Notes: a model not told the origin generated them from the sequence alone. A DNA stretch of 64,000 nt from an uncultured Gammaproteobacteria bacterium (GCA_943788005.1 CALSOP010000002.1:338573-402572), one strand, 5' to 3'; shown: positions 22,452 to 31,821, counted from the stretch's first letter. Program-made: numbers and translations.

Positions 22452-23903
22452 ATGCAACTTGCCGTAATCCAACGAATTTTAGGCATATTGTTAGCTTTAT
22501 TCAGCCTAACAATGTTTCCACCATTACTTATTTCTGTTATCACAAATGATGGTACTACAGTTCCGTTTGTCTCAGCTTTTGCATTAATTCTATCAATCGG
22601 ACTAGTTTTATGGTTCCCCGTTCGGCATGTAAAAAATGAATTGCGACTAAGAGACGGCTTTGTTGTTGTTGTTCTCTTTTGGGTTGGTCTTGGCTTAACA
22701 GGCAGTGTTCCTCTCATGTTATCCAATACACCAGAATTGTCGATTACAGACGCCGTATTTGAATCAATATCGGGCCTCACTACAACCGGCGCAACGATTA
22801 TCGTCGGCATTGATTTTTTGCCTAAATCAATTCTCTTCTACCGACAGGAACTTCAATGGCTAGGGGGCATGGGTATCATTGTCTTAGCAGTTGCGATTCT
22901 ACCAATGTTAGGAATTGGAGGTATGCAGCTTTATCGTGCAGAAACACCCGGCCCTGTTAAGGATAATAAATTAACACCTAGAATTACCGAAACCGCTAAA
23001 GCACTCTGGTATATTTATCTAAGCATGACAATTCTTTGCGCTCTTGCATATTGGTTAGCAGGGATGAGTGCATTTGATGCAATCACACATAGTTTTTCAA
23101 CTGTTTCTATTGGTGGGTTCTCAACTCATGACGCCAGTATGGGATATTTTGAAAGTGGCTTAATAGAAACCGTCGCCATCTTTTTTATGTTTATCGCAGG
23201 AATTAACTTCAGCTTACATTTTATATTTTGGCGACAAGCAAGCTTAAAAGCCTATTGGTATGATGCGGAACTACGTGCGTACTTAAGCATCTTGTTGATG
23301 ATCTGTTTCATCTGCGCAAGTTATCACGTTCTTGTTGGTGACTATGAAAACTTTTGGTTAGCACTGGAAGACAGTATCTTTCAAACTGTTTCTATTGCAA
23401 CTACCACAGGCTTTACCACAGCAGAATACCAAGGCTGGCCTGGTTTCATGCCACTGTTGTTATTATTCTCCAGTTTCTTTGGTGCTTGCGCTGGTTCTAC
23501 CGGCGGTGGAATTAAAATAATACGTATTCTTTTGCTCTTCAAACAAGGCATGCGAGAAATAAAACGGCTCATCCACCCAAGTGCTATTTTTATAATCAAG
23601 GTAGGAAATAAACCCATCTCTGAGCGTATTATTGAAGCCGTATGGGGATTCTTTGCTACTTATATCGCTGTATTTGCGATACTACTATTAGCTCTAATGG
23701 CTACTGATCTTGATCAGGTTACTGCATTTTCAGCGTTAGCGGCCTGCATGAATAACCTTGGTCCTGGATTAGGTAAAGTCAGCCAACACTATGGCAATAT
23801 CAATGATGCCGCTAAGTGGATACTCTGCTTTGCAATGCTCTTAGGTCGCCTTGAAATCTTTACTTTATTAGTGCTATTTACTCCAACATTCTGGCGACGT
23901 TGA
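22452..23903 (+). CDS. trkH: Trk system potassium uptake protein TrkH
   Basis: 483-aa polytopic membrane protein of the TrkH/KtrB family. Confidence 0.9.
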   Translation: MQLAVIQRILGILLALFSLTMFPPLLISVITNDGTTVPFVSAFALILSIGLVLWFPVRHVKNELRLRDGFVVVVLFWVGLGLTGSVPLMLSNTPELSITDAVFESISGLTTTGATIIVGIDFLPKSILFYRQELQWLGGMGIIVLAVAILPMLGIGGMQLYRAETPGPVKDNKLTPRITETAKALWYIYLSMTILCALAYWLAGMSAFDAITHSFSTVSIGGFSTHDASMGYFESGLIETVAIFFMFIAGINFSLHFIFWRQASLKAYWYDAELRAYLSILLMICFICASYHVLVGDYENFWLALEDSIFQTVSIATTTGFTTAEYQGWPGFMPLLLLFSSFFGACAGSTGGGIKIIRILLLFKQGMREIKRLIHPSAIFIIKVGNKPISERIIEAVWGFFATYIAVFAILLLALMATDLDQVTAFSALAACMNNLGPGLGKVSQHYGNINDAAKWILCFAMLLGRLEIFTLLVLFTPTFWRR

Positions 23904-24478
23904 ACAATAAAATAAAAGAAAAGTGGGATAAAAATTATGATTCCTGCGCAAGCGACTACCCTTCTCCAGCAGAAGTGTTGCATCAAAATCAACATCTTTT
24001 ACCAACACAAGGCAGCGCACTAGATCTGGCATGCGGGCGTGGGGCAAATGCAATATGCCTTTCTGAAAATGGGTTATCTGTATCGGCATGGGATATTTCA
24101 GCATCTGCCTTGGAGCATCTTTCTAATGAAGCATTAAAGAAAGGTTTGGAAATTAAACTTGAGTCCAGAAATATTTCAGAAAATCCACCCAAAAAATACT
24201 CTTTTGATGTCATCATTGTAAGCAATTTTCTCGAACGCGAATTAATAGACGATATAAGAAATGCAATAAAACCAAATGGTCTTATCTTTTATCAAACATT
24301 TATTGTAGATAAAACCAGCACTGTAGGTCCGACTAACCCTGATTATTTATTAGCAAAAAATGAATTATTGAATTTTTTCAATGACTGGAATGTTCTCTAC
24401 TACAGAGAAGAAGGAACCGTAGGAAAAATTGAGAAAGGATTTAGAAACCAAGCAATGATAATTGCTCAAAATTTATAA
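23900..24478 (+). CDS. class I SAM-dependent methyltransferase (TehB/TPMT-like)
   Basis: ALDLACGRGANAICLSENG is SAM motif I. 192 aa. ATGA overlap with trkH. Confidence 0.7.
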   Translation: MNNKIKEKWDKNYDSCASDYPSPAEVLHQNQHLLPTQGSALDLACGRGANAICLSENGLSVSAWDISASALEHLSNEALKKGLEIKLESRNISENPPKKYSFDVIIVSNFLERELIDDIRNAIKPNGLIFYQTFIVDKTSTVGPTNPDYLLAKNELLNFFNDWNVLYYREEGTVGKIEKGFRNQAMIIAQNL

Positions 24479-24488
24479 ACTTATTTAA

Positions 24489-24803
24489 ATGACACAACTT
24501 GATACATTTAAAGCCTTACTCGAAAAAGGCAATGACAACGAATTACTCAGATACAGTCTCGGCAATGAATACTTTAAGCTGGATGATTTTGAGCAATCCA
24601 TAATCCACTTGAAAAAAGCCATCGAACATAAACCATCCTTTTCAGCCGCATGGAAGTTATATGCAAAAGCTCTGACTGAAAACAAGCAAAACGATGAAGC
24701 AATAGCTGCTTATGAAAAAGGAATTAATATTGCTGAAGAAAATGGCGACATACAAGCCGTCAAAGAAATGCGTGTTTTCCTAAAACGTCTTGAGAAAGAT
24801 TAA
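24489..24803 (+). CDS. small tetratricopeptide-repeat protein
   Basis: 104 aa with TPR-like helical repeats (LGNEYFKLDDFEQSIIHLKKAIEHKP...). Confidence 0.6.
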   Translation: MTQLDTFKALLEKGNDNELLRYSLGNEYFKLDDFEQSIIHLKKAIEHKPSFSAAWKLYAKALTENKQNDEAIAAYEKGINIAEENGDIQAVKEMRVFLKRLEKD

Positions 24804-25759
24804 CCATGTAATTCAAGTGTGCCTACAAGTTCAGATACATTATTTAGATTATGCTTGTTCAAATAATCTATGATACCTTTGTTCAATTTAGGACAAATAA
24901 GCGGCTCATAAAATAACGCCGTTCCAATGCCCACCGTTGTAGCACCCGCAATCAAGAATTCAATCGCGTCTTCCACAGTAGTTATGCCGCCTTGGCCAAT
25001 TATGGGAATGTTATGCTGTTTGGCGACTTGATGAACCTGATGTACCTTCAATAGTGCAATCGGTTTAATCGCCGGCCCCGATAAACCACCCTGATTATTA
25101 CCGATGACCGGTTCGCGAGAATTAATATCAATCGCCATCCCCATTAGCGTATTGATAACAGCGAATCCGTCTGTTCCAGCTTCAATACAGCGTCTCGCAT
25201 TCTCCGCAATATCAGTCTGGTTCGGTGACAGTTTTGTTATTAGTGGCTTTTTAGTAGCTCTTCGGCAAGCTTCAACAACCCGCGCAGACATATCAGGATC
25301 ATTTCCAAAGGCCACGCCACCCTCTTTAACATTCGGACATGAAATATTGATCTCCATCGCATCAATCGGGGAATCATCAAATATACGGGTCACTTCTTCA
25401 TATTCTTCAACGGTTGAACCGGATAAATTTGCGATAAAGCGTGTTTCAGTAAAATCCAGATTGGGTAGATATTCATCGACTACGATTTTTGAACCCGGGT
25501 TTTGTAAACCAATCGCATTGATCATGCCCATATAGGTTTCCGTAACACGGTGCGGCGGGTTACCTAAGCGCGGTTCTAATGTCGTCCCTTTCAAACATAT
25601 CGCGCCAACATCAGTATTTGAAAAACCATTGATTCGAGTATATTCCTCACCAAAGCCAACGCAACCCGATAATAAAACCAGTGGCGAATTAAGTTTTAAT
25701 CCACAAAAGTTAATCTCCAGTCGTTTCTTATCTTGCTCATTTAAGGTCGTTATTGTCAT
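24800..25759 (-). CDS. pyrD: dihydroorotate dehydrogenase family protein (class 1-type, PyrD/PreA-like)
   Basis: 319-aa TIM-barrel flavoprotein with class-1 DHODH hallmarks (NFCGLKLNSPL, IANLSGST, catalytic Cys region NISCPN, GGITT). Confidence 0.75.
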   Translation of the reverse strand: MTITTLNEQDKKRLEINFCGLKLNSPLVLLSGCVGFGEEYTRINGFSNTDVGAICLKGTTLEPRLGNPPHRVTETYMGMINAIGLQNPGSKIVVDEYLPNLDFTETRFIANLSGSTVEEYEEVTRIFDDSPIDAMEINISCPNVKEGGVAFGNDPDMSARVVEACRRATKKPLITKLSPNQTDIAENARRCIEAGTDGFAVINTLMGMAIDINSREPVIGNNQGGLSGPAIKPIALLKVHQVHQVAKQHNIPIIGQGGITTVEDAIEFLIAGATTVGIGTALFYEPLICPKLNKGIIDYLNKHNLNNVSELVGTLELHG

Positions 25760-25795
25760 ACTGGATCTTGTCTTTCAGATATATAAAATCAATTT

Positions 25796-26254
25796 ATGTT
25801 TAATATTGTTCTTTTTGAGCCGGAAATCCCACCTAATACTGGCAACATTATTCGGCTTTGTGCAAACACTGGTGCGCACTTACATTTAATCCACCCACTA
25901 GGTTTTGACATGGATGAAAAGAGTCTGCGTCGTGCCGGACTGGATTATATCGATTTATCGATCGTACATCACTATGATAATTATCGAGACTATATCGAAA
26001 ATAATGGCATTAAATCACTTTATGCTATCTCTACTAAAGGAACGCAGCATTATTCTGATTGTAGCTTTGTAAAAGATGATAGTTTTATCTTTGGCCCAGA
26101 AACACGGGGCCTACCTAATGAAATATTAGATAATTTTGAATCAGATAAAATTCTACGAATCCCGATGCTTGAAGACAGTCGTAGTTTAAATCTGTCAAAT
26201 TCAGCGAGCATAATTGTTTATGAAGCTTGGCGACAAAATAATTTTGAACAATAA
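25796..26254 (+). CDS. trmL: tRNA (cytidine/uridine-2'-O)-methyltransferase TrmL (SpoU family)
   Basis: 152 aa, MFNIVLFEPEIPPNTGNIIRLCANTGA..., SPOUT knot motifs. Confidence 0.9.
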   Translation: MFNIVLFEPEIPPNTGNIIRLCANTGAHLHLIHPLGFDMDEKSLRRAGLDYIDLSIVHHYDNYRDYIENNGIKSLYAISTKGTQHYSDCSFVKDDSFIFGPETRGLPNEILDNFESDKILRIPMLEDSRSLNLSNSASIIVYEAWRQNNFEQ

Positions 26255-26255
26255 A

Positions 26256-26678
26256 TCAGGGCGCATCTGTTATTGATACATTAACTTGTCTAGAAACATA
26301 AGCCGGCTCACCTGGATTACCTCTAGTCGCTCTGGAGGTCAGCGCATATACATTGTATGTACCAATACCCGACTCAGTAAATGAACTCGGGCTACAAGTC
26401 AAAGTAACTGTAAACCCATTGGTATTTCCGCCAGTCAGATTTATTGGCGGTGTAGCGGGACAAGCACCCGGTGCTGCAACTACAGCTTGTTGCACAGCCC
26501 ATTCTATTCCACTACGTGCGGCAAACCAGGCTTGCATGGTTCCTGCTGATACAGTGGTATTGATAGAGCTGACACTGGTCATGGTTGCCATATAACCACC
26601 GATCAATGCGAGCAAGACAATTAAAATCACAGCTACAATAGCACTAAAACCACGTTGCCATTTTTTCATTATCTTCAT
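26256..26678 (-). CDS. pilin-like protein with prepilin-type N-terminus (MshP-like minor pilin)
   Basis: N-terminal ...QRGFSAIVAVILIVLLALIGG hydrophobic prepilin-like helix. 140 aa. ATGA-coupled to the upstream MshO-like gene. Confidence 0.65.
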   Translation of the reverse strand: MKIMKKWQRGFSAIVAVILIVLLALIGGYMATMTSVSSINTTVSAGTMQAWFAARSGIEWAVQQAVVAAPGACPATPPINLTGGNTNGFTVTLTCSPSSFTESGIGTYNVYALTSRATRGNPGEPAYVSRQVNVSITDAP

Positions 26679-27515
26679 GGCTGATTATCCACATGGACTT
26701 GCTGAAGCAAGGTAACACTGGCTCCTGCCAATGTAGAATCAGATATTGTAATACTTAACGTCACTAATCCGGCTCGTGTTGCTGAACCGGCGTTATAAGA
26801 AAAAGTACACGCACTAACCTGGTTTACTAATAAATCACCGGCACCGACTACTGCTCCGCCAAGAGGATAATCATCGAAACGATTTATCTCACCACTACTG
26901 CAAATAAAACTGACTGGTGTGTCTACAATAAAAAATCGTTGTCTGGGTGATTTAAAAGGGAACGGTGGTGCATTAGCAAACGTAATTGAATTTGCAGTAG
27001 CACCTGTGATGTCGGCAACATTGTCACCAGCATAGGCATTTGCATTAAGTTGTCCCGTATTATAAATCACCAAACAGTCTGACGTACTTGCAAGACATGT
27101 CCCTGAGGTATCAATTGACGCAAAGTTATTTAATGAACCCATAACTTCAAAGCAATCTGCAGACAATGCAAAATTTAATCTGTCTTGTGCAGCAGGCCCT
27201 CCACAAACTGGCGCAGCCCCCGCCTGGTTTTGACCGATATCGCCCACCATCCAATGTTCGTAAAAACTCAACAGTTGTTCCTCCGGTGACACGAATACTG
27301 TTTGGTAAGGCAAGACGAATCTCTCGTGTCATGCGCTGTAAGGCTGTATCTGCTATATCAATCAAGCGTGTTCGTTTTTCAACATCGACATATGCCTGTA
27401 TAGGTCCACGTAGAATTGTGAATATAACGCCGGATAAAATACCAATTAACAAGATCACGATAATCAACTCGATCAAAGTGAAACCATTCTTCTTTGTATT
27501 TACTGCAGTAGGCAT
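26675..27515 (-). CDS. MshO-like minor pilin / pseudopilin, reading frame split at a G5 run
   Basis: Starts KKNGFTLIELIIVILLIGIL, the type IV prepilin cleavage/methylation motif G|FTLIE. Reading frame switches near 27235-27250 (caggcgggggctgcg), giving two overlapping ORFs 27147-27515 and 26675-27313. Confidence 0.7.
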
Positions 27516-27682
27516 CAGAAATTCGTCTTATATGAACTTAAACTCATCGTCGCACCTGTACTATGAGTCACATCCACATCTATACGGACAACTTGTCCTG
27601 CATTTCCATTTAATCCGTTTAAGCTAGCAGCATCAATAACGGTAACTGTACGTCGTCAAAACCTTTTGGACAGGTAGCGGTT

Positions 27683-27716
27683 TGATTTAAGAGACACATT
27701 AGTTCATCAATAGGTT
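27683..27716. repeat. IS left terminal inverted repeat
   Basis: Matches the reverse complement of 29078-29113 at ~25 of 34 positions, including the TAAGAGA and TAGTTCATC blocks. Confidence 0.7.
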
Positions 27717-28706
27717 ATGTGCTTCACTTGTTGTTTATCGTAATGCATTTGTCGTCTCATCGCTAACGTGTTTTGTTTGATTAGCTCTCGTTGACTTAGT
27801 ATTTCTTCGCCACGCCCATAAAAGACATCAGCCGGTGTCAGGTTATCAAGTGATTCATGATAACGCTCATGGTTGTAATAACTCACAAAACGCTGCAACT
27901 GTTCCTCCAGTTCCCCGGGGAAATAATAGTGGTGAAGTAATATCTGATTCTTCATTGAACGATGCCAGCGCTCTATCTTGCCTTGTGTTTGTGGATGATA
28001 AGGTCGACCTCGAGTGTGCGTCATACCGTTTTCTTCAAGGTAATCGGCTAATTCACCGGAGATATAACACGGGCCATTGTCACTGAGTAAACGCGGTTTA
28101 TGATTTACCTTTACTGTATCAAGTCCCGTAAAGCGTAAGGCGTCATCCAGCGTATCAGAGACATCACGGCTACTCATGCCCGTACATAAACGCCAGGCAA
28201 TAATGTAACGTGAGTAATCATCTAATACCGTGGATAAGTAATACCAACCCCAACCGATAATCTTGAAATAGGTAAAATCCGTTTGCCACATCTCATTCAC
28301 CGCGCGTAGTGGGCTGTTGAAACTTATCACTGGCCTCCATCAGGATATAGGCCGGACTGGTAATTAAGTCTTGTTCTTTCAGCAGCCTGTGCACCGTGGA
28401 TTCTGAGACGAAGTAAGCCTTGTTGTCAGTGTAATTTACGGCTAACTCTCGTGGAGACAAATCAGGCTTCTCTAAGGCTAACTCAATAACGGCTTCACAG
28501 TGGTCTTCGGTGATTTTATTCCATACCGCATGGGGAATCGGCTTCTTGTCTTCCAAGCCATCAACGCCATTCTCTTCATAACGTTTGAGCCAGTTGTAAA
28601 AAGTGGACTTATGAATGTCCAGCCGAGTCAGCGTTTGTCGAACCGACAGATCTGAGTTCTGTACCAGTTGAATAATCTCGACTTTATCCGATGCTAAGTA
28701 CCTCAT
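27707..28706 (-). CDS. IS transposase orfB (HTH plus DDE integrase core), split by a frameshift near 28300
   Basis: 137-aa HTH part (TFYNWLKRYEENGVDGLEDKKP) and 207-aa rve core (WQTDFTYF...DNGPCYIS...RPYHPQTQGKIERWHRSMK) overlap out of frame over 28293-28330. Confidence 0.85.
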
Positions 28707-29065
28707 ATATCGTCCTCCCCATCCCCGAGCACGCTTTTTTTAAGCAGCCGATTCTCCATGACTACTTCGCCTAAGGTTTCTTTCAGCGCAGATGTTTCAG
28801 CACGCAGTTCTTTGACTTCATCTGAGGTCGCTTCACGTACGATATCGCCTGATAAACGTTTCTTACCTGCCTCCAGAAAGTCTTTCGACCAACGGTAGTA
28901 AACATTTGGGTTTAGTCCTTCCTTGCGACATAGCTCAGCGATGCTTTCTTCGCCACGTAAGCCTTCAAGTACGATACGAATTTTTTCTTCTGCTGAATAT
29001 TTTTTACGGGTGCGTCGACGAATATCGCGCACAGTATGTTCTACACTTCTTTTACTTGTCATCAT
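28703..29065 (-). CDS. IS transposase orfA (IS3/IS911-type HTH protein)
   Basis: 120 aa, KKYSAEEKIRIVLEGLRGEESIAELCRKEGLNPNVYYRWSKDF plus a leucine zipper. Overlaps orfB by ATGA. Confidence 0.9.
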   Translation of the reverse strand: MMTSKRSVEHTVRDIRRRTRKKYSAEEKIRIVLEGLRGEESIAELCRKEGLNPNVYYRWSKDFLEAGKKRLSGDIVREATSDEVKELRAETSALKETLGEVVMENRLLKKSVLGDGEDDI

Positions 29066-29077
29066 CGTTTCCTCTTG

Positions 29078-29113
29078 GGTTAACGATGAACTAAAACTAT
29101 CTCTTAGACAATC
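29078..29113. repeat. IS right terminal inverted repeat
   Basis: See left IR. Ends 4 nt before the stop codon of the adjacent LamG gene. Confidence 0.7.
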
Positions 29114-29116
29114 AGG

Positions 29117-30793
29117 CTAGTTGGTCCACATGGTGCTGACGGGGTACAGGGAAATCTGAAAACTCGTTGTCGTCACGTTTTGTATACGGATACTGGCAGG
29201 ATCTGCCCCACCCTCATTCGAGGGCAGGATAAAAACCAATGGCGCTGTTGTATAAGTCTGCTTAAATGTAATTGACGTAAAGGCTGATGTTACGCTCGTA
29301 TCATTCAAGGTGATCTCGGCAACCTCCATTTCAGGAATATTTGCAAAGCAGTCATGCGTTTCATTCATGATGGTAGTGATAGCAGAAGAATCTAGGGTGC
29401 TGTTATAGACTCGTACTTCATCAATACTGCCATTCGCTGAATTGGCTGTGGTATCACCGGGGATAATATAATTACCATCATTATCTCCAATGAATAAATT
29501 CGTCAGTTCACCAAGAGTGCCATTGGTATTCCCGGCACCCGTAATCACTTGTGTTCCATTGATATAAATTGCCTGGCTATCATTTGGCAAGTCCCAAGTA
29601 ACTGCTATATGCACCCAGGTATTAGCTGCAAAAGCTTGAACAGGCGAGTTGATACGGAAGTCGCCGTCAGCCGAATCTTCATAGCCAAAACGTAGTTGCC
29701 CACTATTCAATAGGGTCAAAAAGAAATATTTCGGTCCACCTGGTGCAGCAGGATCGGGAGCGTCCAGTAGTTGACGATCACCGCCACCATTCCAAACCGT
29801 ATTGCTGTTATACCAAAGTGTGATCGTACCTGTATTGCCTATATCATCATTAACATCCAAGCCGCTATCGACAGCAACAACGGGAGTTGCCGATGTGTTG
29901 AGTGGAAATGTACCGTAACCACATGTCCCCGGATCGCCCGCTTTCGCAGGTGTAGTGCTGGCAGTCTGCGCACCATTAAGAGCAGTACCATCATTACCAT
30001 TACCCGTATTGTCGACCACTTCACCCGCAGTACCATTCCAACTGGCTTCATCCATACGCCATTCAGCGACTTTATTAGTCGCGGGATTCAAAGCAATCAG
30101 CCGTCCAACCCGGCGGTTATTATTAGCAGATAAAGTTGTCGTTACATTACCGGTCGCACCCGCCGCTGCTTGCAACATATCGGCTGCCATGACTTCTATA
30201 TCATTGGATCCACTCGGCTGTTCATAGCGCTGTGTGTAACCAGTTGGTCCAGTATAGGTTAGGTTGTTATTGATACCATAAAAGGCAATCAACATGGCCC
30301 CATCAACCGTAGTTGTGACGCCTAAGGCATCGATAGTAGATCCATTTGTCTGTTGTCCATTTTCAGAACTCATGTGTATCGGGTTTGCAGTGTCGACACC
30401 TGAGTAAGTGGAGATCCCTCCAACATTATTGCGGTTATCAGCGAAACTCCATGTCGCATTACCTGCTACCAGATCAGCCGCAGTCACCACTTTGTAATAG
30501 GCTCTGTGTTTGTGAGTATTGCCTCCCACACCACCTAAAGGTAAATGTAAATCAGTATCTATCTGTACCCATCCCGTTGGCGCGGCGTAGGTTTCCGGTG
30601 GACCACCTCTTCGAGTGACTTGTGCCACCATCACATCATTGACTGCCGTGCCCGCCGGTAAATTTATAGTGAGACTATTTGTATTGGAACTAGTGTTAGA
30701 GCTACTGGCAACAAAACTGATAGCTGCCTGTGCAGAACCCGTTGCAGCTATAAACAAAAGAAGAACAATACGTTTAATGACAGATATCAACAC
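29117..30793 (-). CDS. secreted LamG (concanavalin A-like) domain protein, MshQ-like, probably C-terminally truncated by the IS
   Basis: Signal peptide (MLISVIKRIVLLLFIAATGSAQA). LamG_3-type block (AEWRMDEASWNGTAGEVVDNTGNGNDGTALNG ... IDEVRVYNSTLDSSAITTI). The last ~90 aa begin a further beta-rich domain and end 4 nt from the IS inverted repeat. Confidence 0.7.
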   Translation of the reverse strand: MLISVIKRIVLLLFIAATGSAQAAISFVASSSNTSSNTNSLTINLPAGTAVNDVMVAQVTRRGGPPETYAAPTGWVQIDTDLHLPLGGVGGNTHKHRAYYKVVTAADLVAGNATWSFADNRNNVGGISTYSGVDTANPIHMSSENGQQTNGSTIDALGVTTTVDGAMLIAFYGINNNLTYTGPTGYTQRYEQPSGSNDIEVMAADMLQAAAGATGNVTTTLSANNNRRVGRLIALNPATNKVAEWRMDEASWNGTAGEVVDNTGNGNDGTALNGAQTASTTPAKAGDPGTCGYGTFPLNTSATPVVAVDSGLDVNDDIGNTGTITLWYNSNTVWNGGGDRQLLDAPDPAAPGGPKYFFLTLLNSGQLRFGYEDSADGDFRINSPVQAFAANTWVHIAVTWDLPNDSQAIYINGTQVITGAGNTNGTLGELTNLFIGDNDGNYIIPGDTTANSANGSIDEVRVYNSTLDSSAITTIMNETHDCFANIPEMEVAEITLNDTSVTSAFTSITFKQTYTTAPLVFILPSNEGGADPASIRIQNVTTTSFQISLYPVSTMWTN

Positions 30794-30839
30794 ATTAATT
30801 GCCTTATGACCTTTTCGTTACGTTTAAACATTAATAAAC

Positions 30840-31229
30840 TCAAAAATACTCACGCTGGTAAATCACCGGTGTATCGCCGCGTTGATAACTTTCATTCTCT
30901 TTTTGCAGTTCCTGTTTATTCTGTTGTTCAGTATTCATACCTGTTCTGGATTCATTCATCAAGTTTAGCTGTTCTTGTTGTTGTTTTTCATCTTCATTAA
31001 TAAACCAAACCTCACCCGCCCACCATGCTGCCGTTGCAAAACCGCCTGTTAATACTAAAACGATCCACCACGGTATTTTGTTCAGGTTTTTTTCTTTATT
31101 TATTTTTATATTTTTTAAAAGTTGGCTTTCTATTGATGATAGTCGAGATTGTTCAGGGCTGGGCATACCTTCATACACCTGCGTAATCAGCTTCTCTATT
31201 TCAGCATCTGTTGGCAATCTATGCGACAT
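30840..31229 (-). CDS. anti-sigma factor-like single-pass membrane protein
   Basis: 129 aa with one TM (IPWWIVLVLTGGFATAAWWAG) and a Q/E-rich periplasmic tail. Overlaps the ECF sigma stop. Confidence 0.6.
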   Translation of the reverse strand: MSHRLPTDAEIEKLITQVYEGMPSPEQSRLSSIESQLLKNIKINKEKNLNKIPWWIVLVLTGGFATAAWWAGEVWFINEDEKQQQEQLNLMNESRTGMNTEQQNKQELQKENESYQRGDTPVIYQREYF

Positions 31230-31752
31230 TCGTGTCTTCCTGCCATTGCTGCTTCAATTTATTAATTATAGAAGCACATTGCCTACGTACGCTGCCTTCC
31301 GGTATTTCTATCATCTTGGCAATCTCTTTATGCGTTAACCCAACCCTATAACGCATGAACAGCAGGTTTTGTTCATCTTGGGGAATTTTTTTTATAAGGC
31401 TCTCAATATAGTCTTGTTGATTTTGATAATCCTGTTTGTTATCTGCTTGCTGTTCTATATCAATAGCAACCGGATCTATCGGCGAGGCTTTATCACGACG
31501 GTAGCTATCGATGTGTGAATTGATTGCGATTCGATAAAGTAATGCGACGGGCGCACGCATATCTTTGCAAACCACTTGAATGAATTTAAGAAATGTTTCA
31601 GATAAAAGATCATAGGCGCCGTCTTCATTGCAACCTCTGTTTTTTAAAAACTGCCACAGTCGTGGCGCTTCGGAACGATAGAATTTAGTGAACGCGCTGT
31701 TATCAGCGTCCTTACAATAACTCTCAAGTAATTGTTTGGCTGAATTCTGCAT
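31219..31752 (-). CDS. ECF-family RNA polymerase sigma factor
   Basis: 177 aa with sigma-70 region 2 (LLYRIAINSHIDSYRR) and region 4 HTH (LLFMRYRVGLTHKEIAKMIEIPEGSVRRQ). Confidence 0.8.
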   Translation of the reverse strand: MQNSAKQLLESYCKDADNSAFTKFYRSEAPRLWQFLKNRGCNEDGAYDLLSETFLKFIQVVCKDMRAPVALLYRIAINSHIDSYRRDKASPIDPVAIDIEQQADNKQDYQNQQDYIESLIKKIPQDEQNLLFMRYRVGLTHKEIAKMIEIPEGSVRRQCASIINKLKQQWQEDTNVA

Positions 31753-31821
31753 AATTTATAATGCAAAAGAGTACCGCAGTTAGATTGATAAAAGAACTAG
31801 TAGAGAAGTTACTTCTGTAAA

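Larger units (their letters stand above)
27683..29113 (-). mobile_element. insertion sequence, ~1.43 kb (IS3-like orfA plus IS481-like HTH-rve orfB)
   Basis: Imperfect terminal inverted repeats (left TGATTTAAGAGACACATTAGTTCATCAATAGGTT; right reverse complement TGATTGTCTAAGAGATAGTTTTAGTTCATCGTTAACC) bracket the orfA and orfB transposase genes. No matching direct repeats found in the flanks. Confidence 0.85.
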
